A stretch of DNA of 4,495 nucleotides from Candidatus Micrarchaeota archaeon. GTDB lineage: Archaea; B1Sed10-29. Every line of letters starts with the position of its first letter. The stretch's first letter is position 1. The notes below the pieces were generated by a model. It worked only from the letters and a program-made list of their open reading frames with translations, did not search any database and had not been told where the DNA came from. The position numbers were made by a program, and so were the translations under genes. This document shows, piece by piece, positions 1 through 4,495 of this stretch. The stretch is taken from positions 1 to 4,495 of the forward strand of contig CAYLXZ010000040.1 of NCBI GenBank assembly GCA_964388265.1. Direction: 5' to 3'.

Positions 1-406
1 CTTTCTCTATTAAGTTTTTAGTGAAGTCTTTTTCCTTGAGTTCTATGTAGGCTAGGTATCTTCCGTAGCTTCCTTTCTCACCAGCTTCTGAATCGAAGAT
101 AAGAGTTATTTCTCGGTTTTCAAGGTTTTTCTGGGTGTAGTTGCTGGCTTTCTCACTCCATTTAACCAGACATGAATTGTTCCGTATTCCGGTGTATTCA
201 CCTGGATCGTGGTCTTTTTCATCAGATTCAGGTGTATCTACCCCTAACAGCCTTATACTCTCGTCGTAACCTTTTACTTCGATTGTGTCCCCATCTATAA
301 CTCTAGTTACAGTGGTTTCTTTAGCTCTTGGTTTGTTTGGGTTTAGGTAGAGGGCTGCTGCGGCTACTAGGCCGATTATGATTAGTGTCTTGGTTGTTTT
401 ACGCAA
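1..406 (-). CDS. Thermonuclease (staphylococcal nuclease/SNase family) with N-terminal signal/membrane anchor; 3'-truncated by the window edge
   Basis: Manual translation from TTG at 406 is open to position 2 (135 codons): MRKTTKTLIIIGLVAAAALYLNPNKPRAKETTVTRVIDGDTIEVKGYDESIRLLGVDTPESDEKDHDPGEYTGIRNNSCLVKWSEKASNYTQKNLENREITLIFDSEAGEKGSYGRYLAYIELKEKDFTKNLIEK... It has the SNase motifs V-I-D-G-D-T, R-L-L-G-V-D-T-P-E and Y-G-R-x-L-A-Y, a basic then hydrophobic N-terminus, and an AAGGA SD-like motif just upstream. The start lies 15 nt after the stop of the upstream gene. Confidence 0.92.
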   Translation of the reverse strand, partial: MRKTTKTLIIIGLVAAAALYLNPNKPRAKETTVTRVIDGDTIEVKGYDESIRLLGVDTPESDEKDHDPGEYTGIRNNSCLVKWSEKASNYTQKNLENREITLIFDSEAGEKGSYGRYLAYIELKEKDFTKNLIEK

Positions 407-421
407 ATCTATCCTTTTAAT

Positions 422-1168
422 TTAGAGGTCGTATTCCCAGTATCCTCTTTGTTCTTCAACTATCCTTATCGTGGTTTCTCTTGGGTCTTTGGATTCGTAA
501 ATGGTTTTCCCGATTACTTCGAAGTTGTTTTCCCTTTCCAGGCAGTCTCCTGGTGAGGCTTTTCCCTCCTCGAAGCCATTGCAGAATACGAGCATGTCTT
601 TCTTGGTTAATTCATTGGCTTTCTTCAGGTCTTCTAGATGGTTTCCTGCTATGTCCACTCCATCTACATCTAGTTGATTGGCTAGTTCCGCGGTTTCTTC
701 GAATGCGTTCTCCATGAACCTGCTTTTCTCTTCGTGTGGTAGGCTGAGTGTTAGGATTAGGCCTTGGTCTGGGTATTCGTCCTGTATTGCTTTTATTGGT
801 TCTTTATCTATGAATGCTGGTATCGTGATGGCTTCGAATCCTGCTTCGTAGAGTTCACTAGCCATCCATAGTACATTTCTGTCTACGTCACAGAGGTTGT
901 AGTCAGCTATGAATGGTACGTCGAACCTTTTTATGACTTCTTCTATTCCTAGTATTCCAACTGCATCTCCAAATGACCTGTTCACCATTACTCCTGCGAT
1001 TAAGTCGTCTATTTCTTCTATTGTATCTACCGCTGTCTGTATCATCGTGGATTGATCTATGTCTTCGTGTACGGGTAGTGCTATGTCTAGATTGAAGATT
1101 AGGCTGGTGTTCTTCTCCTGTGCCTGGTCCATTAGTCTGTGGTTGAACGGTGTTTTCCTTGTATTCAT
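422..1168 (-). CDS. Orotidine-5'-phosphate decarboxylase (PyrF/HUMPS family)-like TIM-barrel protein with degenerate active site
   Basis: 248 aa, with motif order matching archaeal PyrF: LIFNLD (cf. LILALD), IADYNLCDV (cf. IADFKxADI), GFEAITIPAF (cf. GADAIIVHGF), LSLPH (cf. EMSH), FCNGF (cf. ISPGV), VIGKTIYESKDP (cf. IVGRSIYxAxDP). Strong GAGGAG SD 5 nt upstream. No gene symbol given because catalytic residues are missing. Confidence 0.85.
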   Translation of the reverse strand: MNTRKTPFNHRLMDQAQEKNTSLIFNLDIALPVHEDIDQSTMIQTAVDTIEEIDDLIAGVMVNRSFGDAVGILGIEEVIKRFDVPFIADYNLCDVDRNVLWMASELYEAGFEAITIPAFIDKEPIKAIQDEYPDQGLILTLSLPHEEKSRFMENAFEETAELANQLDVDGVDIAGNHLEDLKKANELTKKDMLVFCNGFEEGKASPGDCLERENNFEVIGKTIYESKDPRETTIRIVEEQRGYWEYDL

Positions 1169-1173
1169 TCTAT

Positions 1174-1179
1174 CTCCTC
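1174..1179 (-). promoter_or_regulatory. Shine-Dalgarno sequence of the PyrF-like gene
   Basis: Minus strand reads GAGGAG-ataga-ATG(1168). Confidence 0.75.
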
Positions 1180-1213
1180 GGGTTCTTCTCTCAGTTCTTT
1201 ATGTGCTTGGGAA

Positions 1214-1226
1214 CATAAATATTTTG
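1214..1226 (-). promoter_or_regulatory. Putative archaeal BRE/TATA promoter for the PyrF-like + nuclease unit
   Basis: Minus strand CAAAATATTTATG: an A-rich BRE-like stretch followed by TTTATG, ~46-51 nt upstream of the ATG, which leaves room for a short leader carrying the SD. Pattern match only. Confidence 0.35.
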
Positions 1227-1245
1227 AATGGAATAAGAATCTAAT

Positions 1246-1261
1246 CGTAAGTGTTTTTAAA
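1246..1261 (+). promoter_or_regulatory. Putative archaeal BRE/TATA promoter for the FMN-binding lipoprotein gene
   Basis: CGTAAGTG-TTTTTAAA, with the T/A box at 1254-1261, 20-27 nt upstream of ATG 1281. This is compatible with a leaderless or short-leader transcript. Pattern match only. Confidence 0.4.
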
Positions 1262-1280
1262 GATAAGGAACTTGAGTTAA

Positions 1281-1990
1281 ATGGAATCAAATATGGATAA
1301 AATGATCATTGGAATAATCCTAGGCACAGTCCTAATGCTNNNNNNNNNNGTTGCCTGGGACCAGGAGCACCAAGTGAAGAAAAACCGGAGAACGTTTACT
1401 TAGGATACTCAGACGCTGATGAACATGGATACATGAAAGCTAAAGTAACTGTAGAGAATGGGGATATATCAAGCGTTAATTTAACTGAGATAGATGAAAC
1501 CGGTTCAGTTAAAGGCGAGGAATATCCTCATGACGCGTTCCACGAAGCTATGGATAAACTGCCAGGGCGTTTCGTGGAGGCAGATAGCCATGAAGTTGAA
1601 GCAGTAACAGGAGCAACAGGAACTTCTGACAAGGCAATGCAAGCTGTGAAGAGAGCTCTGGAGAAAAAAGAGAACCCTGATGCTGTTTTTAATGGCACTT
1701 TCTTCGGAGCATCGGACAGTGAAGGAGAATCCAGGAACGTTGCCTGGGTAACAGTGGAAGACGGAGAAATCACGGACGTGAAACTGGAAGAGTACAAAGA
1801 TGCTGAGGAAGAAGAATTAAAGGATGAAAATTATTCTCACGACGCGTTCCACGAAGCAAAGGATAAACTACCAAGCCGATTCATAGAAGCAAACAGCCAT
1901 GAAGTTGAAATAGTAACAGGAGCAACTGTTAGCTCTGAAAGATGGTCCGAAGCAGTTAAGAAAGCTCTTGAGAAAGCAGGAATATCCTGA
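1281..1990 (+). CDS. Lipoprotein with two tandem FMN-binding (covalent flavinylation) domains; N-terminus spans a sequencing gap
   Basis: The frame of ORF 1433..1990 extends upstream without stops to the gap: (x)GT TGC CTG GGA = G?-C-L-G-P-G-A-P-S-E-E-K-P-E-N-V-Y-L-G-Y-S-D-A-D-E-H-G-Y-M-K. Left of the gap, ATG 1281 (alternatives 1293, 1302) reads MESNMDKMIIGIILGTVLML, a signal-peptide h-region. Each domain has the FMN_bind pattern (Y/F)xGxS...VTVExGxIxxVxL...VExVTGATxxS...AVKxALEK. Confidence 0.88.
1340..1349. other. Assembly/scaffold gap (10 N)
   Basis: Run of 10 n inside the predicted signal peptide coding region; the flanking frames are out of register across it. Confidence 0.97.
1529..1927 (+). 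repeat. Intragenic direct repeat: 1529-1618 and 1838-1927 (309-nt offset), C-terminal halves of the two FMN-binding domains
   Basis: Hand alignment: 75/90 nt and 25/30 aa identical (HDAFHEAMDKLPGRFVEADSHEVEAVTGAT vs HDAFHEAKDKLPSRFIEANSHEVEIVTGAT). Confidence 0.93.
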
Positions 1991-1996
1991 TAACCT

Positions 1997-4447
1997 TTAT
2001 TTATAGGTGTTCCAGGACTCTGTTTTTTCTATTTCTCCATTTTCCCTAATGCAGATTCCTTCAGTTCCCGCGGATTCAAGTATCTTTAAGCCTTTTTCTG
2101 GGCCTGCGACGAATGCACCTGTGCTTAGTGCATCGGCTTCTAGCCCTGTTTCACTCACTACAGTTACACTCAGGTATCCCTCCGCGGGTTCTCCAGTCTT
2201 TGGATTTATTATATGGTGGACTTTTTCTTCTCCTATCAGGTGATATCTTCTGTAGTTACCAGAAGTTGATACAGCTTTATTTTTAATCTGGATCTTCTCT
2301 ATTATCTCTCCTTGGTTTTCAGGGTCGGAGATCCCTATCTCCCACGATTTCGGTCCTATTGCTCTGATCTCTCCTCCTATATCTATGATAGCGTCTTTTA
2401 TTCCTTTTTTCCTCAGGGTTTCCGCGGCTCTGTCAGCTGCGTATCCTTTTGCTATTCCTCCTAGAGATATCTTCATGTCTTTTTTCTTGAGCCTGGCTCT
2501 GTTGTCTTCTTCATCTATCTCTAGGTTATCTAGATCAACTAGTTTCTGGTGTTTCTCCAGCTCTTCTCCCTTTGGTATTGTTCCTTTTTCTTTTACTTCC
2601 TTCATCCAGAAGTCCACGAGCGGTTTAACCGTGATGTCAAAGGATCCGTTGGTTAGAGATCCGTATTGCTTTGATTTCTTTAGGATCATGGTGGTTTCAG
2701 GTGAAATTTCAACCCACTCGCCTCCGGGTTCTTGGTTTATCTTGTATACATCGCTCTCCGGGTTACTTTCATCCATCTTTTTCTCTATTCTACGTATTTC
2801 TTGGAATGCTTCTTCTATGGCTTCTTTCCCGGTTTCTTTGTTGTAGGTAAGGATTTTTATTGATGCAACGGTATCCATTATCATTGGATCGGTTTTCTGT
2901 ACCTTTGACTTTTCGTAGACTTTTAATCCGTTGTCTTTCTTTATTTTGTAGTAGTTTTCTCCGTCTCTAATCTCCCATGTCTCGTTATTTAAAGTGGAGA
3001 CGGATGCTTCTTTGGAGAGCGTTCTTCCTTTTTCCTGGAACTTTTTCATGGTAGCTGATCCTATCTTGCTGGAGTTAATTTCCTCGAGCACTTTCTGTGA
3101 TTCATCTTCTTCGATGGTGAAGACATGTCCTTCTTCCACGGATGTTCTTGGAGCAAAGATGTTCATAAGAGCCCCGGATAGTAGGGTTAGAAGGGCAAGG
3201 ATAGTGATTCCTGTTACTATTTTTCCCCGTAGCCCCGACCCGATGGTTCTTGAGAACAGGAATAAACCCGCTAAGAGACCTAGTTGAATAGATAACATGC
3301 TGAAGGCAAGTCCTGTGATCCCTATATCCATATAGAAAGTGGTTATTATCCCTATTATCCCTACTCCGAGTCCGAAGAACCTGGAAAGCAGAACTGTCCC
3401 TGCTTTTTCTTCTGAAAACAATTTAGAGGATTTTATCCTTGCTAGAGTAGCTGGGATCACGGCAAGAGCCATTACCCTAACCGCGTTCACCCCCTCGAGA
3501 AAACCTGGAAACACATGAGAAGTTATGTAAGGCGCTGAAAGGAAAACGATGAAAGCCAATATCACAGAGAAGATGATTCCCAGTCTCTCGGTTTTTCCTG
3601 TTTTGTTTCCACGGGCTTTTTCAGGTAGAAGAAAGAAGAACAGAGTGTTTGGAAGAACAGCTAATAGAGTGAATATCCTGTAGCTGAATTGGTAGATTCC
3701 TAGTATAGCCATGCCTGGGAATAGGATTCCTATGAGGATTTTATCCATGAAGTGCATGGAGACCTTTCCGATGTTCGCGACCCAGGCCTTGAAGGAGAAA
3801 ACAGCTTTTTGTCTTAATTCACTGAAATCAAGGTTTCTAGGTAAGTAACGTAGTATTAATCCTCCGAAGAGGAAGTAAGAGGCTGCTAGTCCTCCTATTA
3901 TCCCTGCTATTGAACCTAAAACAAAATAGAGAACTATTGGAAGAACCAAGGCGGTTGAACGTGTGCCTATCCAGATCCACATGTATCTCTTGTATCTTCT
4001 TTTACCTAGTTCTGTGTAGAAGGTAAGGGAGAACAGAGCCATGGCTATGACTAGAAAACCGATGAGCCATGGAAAGGAAGAATCAACATATAGAAATAAG
4101 GACAGCGCGGTTATAGCTCCGACCAGTATGCTTGATATCAGTACTAGTGCCACTGACCCGGTTATTAGTGCTTTATCTTCTTCTTTGGGGTAGTAAGTGG
4201 CTATTGTTTTTCCTAGACCCATTACCGCGACTGTTGAAACCAGTGTTGCGATGGATATCAGCCAGGTTAGGTGTCCGTAGGCTGTTGGATGTAGAACCAG
4301 GACTAGAGTTAGCCAGAATGCAGTTCCGAGTAAGGTGGCGGTGGTTTGACCTATTCCTACGTAGGTTAATCCTTTTTTATCAGGTTCTTTGGGTTCTTCT
4401 TTGATTTCTCCAGGGGTTGCCATGGGGTAAATAATGGTTTTATCCAT
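1997..4447 (-). CDS. apbE: Fusion protein: MOP-superfamily (Wzx/MATE-like) membrane exporter + FAD:protein FMN transferase (ApbE/Ftp)
   Basis: One uninterrupted 816-aa ORF (alternative start ATG 4423). Residues ~26-400 have ~12 hydrophobic helices with Wzx/MOP-like motifs LHPTAYG, GLGKTIATYYP and DKILIG...LGIYQFSYRI...LLP. Residues ~410-431 form an additional TM helix. Residues ~520-816 carry ApbE motifs MDT, SDVYKIN, TNGSFDITVKPLVDFW, LGGIAKGYAAD, DIGGEI, WEIGISDP, AVSTSGNYRR, HHIINPKTG, SVTV and ADALSTGAF. The symbol applies only to the C-terminal domain. Confidence 0.92.
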   Translation of the reverse strand: MDKTIIYPMATPGEIKEEPKEPDKKGLTYVGIGQTTATLLGTAFWLTLVLVLHPTAYGHLTWLISIATLVSTVAVMGLGKTIATYYPKEEDKALITGSVALVLISSILVGAITALSLFLYVDSSFPWLIGFLVIAMALFSLTFYTELGKRRYKRYMWIWIGTRSTALVLPIVLYFVLGSIAGIIGGLAASYFLFGGLILRYLPRNLDFSELRQKAVFSFKAWVANIGKVSMHFMDKILIGILFPGMAILGIYQFSYRIFTLLAVLPNTLFFFLLPEKARGNKTGKTERLGIIFSVILAFIVFLSAPYITSHVFPGFLEGVNAVRVMALAVIPATLARIKSSKLFSEEKAGTVLLSRFFGLGVGIIGIITTFYMDIGITGLAFSMLSIQLGLLAGLFLFSRTIGSGLRGKIVTGITILALLTLLSGALMNIFAPRTSVEEGHVFTIEEDESQKVLEEINSSKIGSATMKKFQEKGRTLSKEASVSTLNNETWEIRDGENYYKIKKDNGLKVYEKSKVQKTDPMIMDTVASIKILTYNKETGKEAIEEAFQEIRRIEKKMDESNPESDVYKINQEPGGEWVEISPETTMILKKSKQYGSLTNGSFDITVKPLVDFWMKEVKEKGTIPKGEELEKHQKLVDLDNLEIDEEDNRARLKKKDMKISLGGIAKGYAADRAAETLRKKGIKDAIIDIGGEIRAIGPKSWEIGISDPENQGEIIEKIQIKNKAVSTSGNYRRYHLIGEEKVHHIINPKTGEPAEGYLSVTVVSETGLEADALSTGAFVAGPEKGLKILESAGTEGICIRENGEIEKTESWNTYK

Positions 4448-4458
4448 TAAAAGATTTG
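4447..4458 (-). promoter_or_regulatory. Possible BRE/TATA element for a leaderless transcript starting at ATG 4423
   Basis: Minus strand CAAATC-TTTTAA; TTTTAA (4452-4447) lies -29 to -24 from the second ATG (4423). No obvious SD precedes either ATG. Confidence 0.3.
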
Positions 4459-4495
4459 AAGAACTTAATTCCCAGTAGTTTCAAGTTTTTTATAT

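Noticed and set aside
481..717. 78-aa plus-strand ORF
   Set aside because: Antisense shadow of the PyrF-like gene; TTG start, no recognisable motif.
422..1168. Annotation as functional pyrF, or as HPS/KGPDC
   Set aside because: The D-x-K-x-x-D lysine shared by all these enzymes is Asn here, and other PyrF substrate-binding residues are also changed.
1059..1244. 61-aa hydrophobic plus-strand ORF
   Set aside because: Overlaps the PyrF-like start, its SD and the promoter region on the opposite strand; the hydrophobicity follows from the T-rich antisense strand.
1281..1432. Apparent frameshift, pseudogene or programmed recoding at the 5' end of the lipoprotein gene
   Set aside because: The frame change falls exactly in a 10-N placeholder gap of unknown true length, so an artefact is the simplest explanation.
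1528..1797. 89-aa minus-strand Ser/Thr-rich ORF
   Set aside because: Antisense shadow of the FMN-binding gene; the Ser/Phe richness mirrors GAA/GAT codons.
1529..1927. Direct repeats as a CRISPR array, IS ends or attachment sites
   Set aside because: There are only two copies, in frame within one CDS and 309 nt apart, explained by domain duplication. No cas, transposase or integrase gene, tRNA or rRNA was recognised in the window.
1997..2911. Legacy 'thiamine biosynthesis lipoprotein' label for ApbE
   Set aside because: The family is established as FAD:protein FMN transferases, and a cognate substrate gene is adjacent.
2007..3287. Plus-strand ORFs 2007-2243, 2385-2846 and 2994-3287
   Set aside because: All are antisense to the ApbE fusion, with the Ser/Phe-rich composition typical of shadows.
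3248..4372. Annotation as an O-antigen/N-glycan flippase of a polysaccharide locus
   Set aside because: The motifs are Wzx-like, but no glycan genes are in the window and the domain is fused to ApbE. Not excluded, since genes beyond the right edge are unseen.
4132..4404. 90-aa Leu/Arg-rich plus-strand ORF
   Set aside because: Antisense to the transporter domain; no independent signals.

Overview
Gene-dense window, probably archaeal and salt-adapted (inferred from acidic proteins, archaeal-type TATA-like boxes and a GCLG lipobox), with four protein-coding genes. (1) A membrane-anchored thermonuclease (SNase) gene on the minus strand, cut by the left window edge and absent from the ORF track. 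(2) An OMP decarboxylase (PyrF)-fold protein in which both catalytic lysines and several substrate-binding residues are substituted, so it is a probable pseudoenzyme or neofunctionalised paralog. (3) A divergently transcribed lipoprotein with two tandem FMN-binding domains, each with a TGAT flavinylation motif; its 5' end spans a 10-N scaffold gap. (4) A convergent 816-aa fusion of a 12-TM MOP/Wzx/MATE-like exporter, one extra TM helix, a ~70-aa inserted module and an intact ApbE FAD:protein FMN transferase. The main candidate novelty is genes 3 and 4 together: a compact extracytosolic flavinylation module in which one polypeptide may both export FAD and attach FMN to the adjacent di-flavin lipoprotein. 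All family assignments come from motif recognition by eye; no searches were run.
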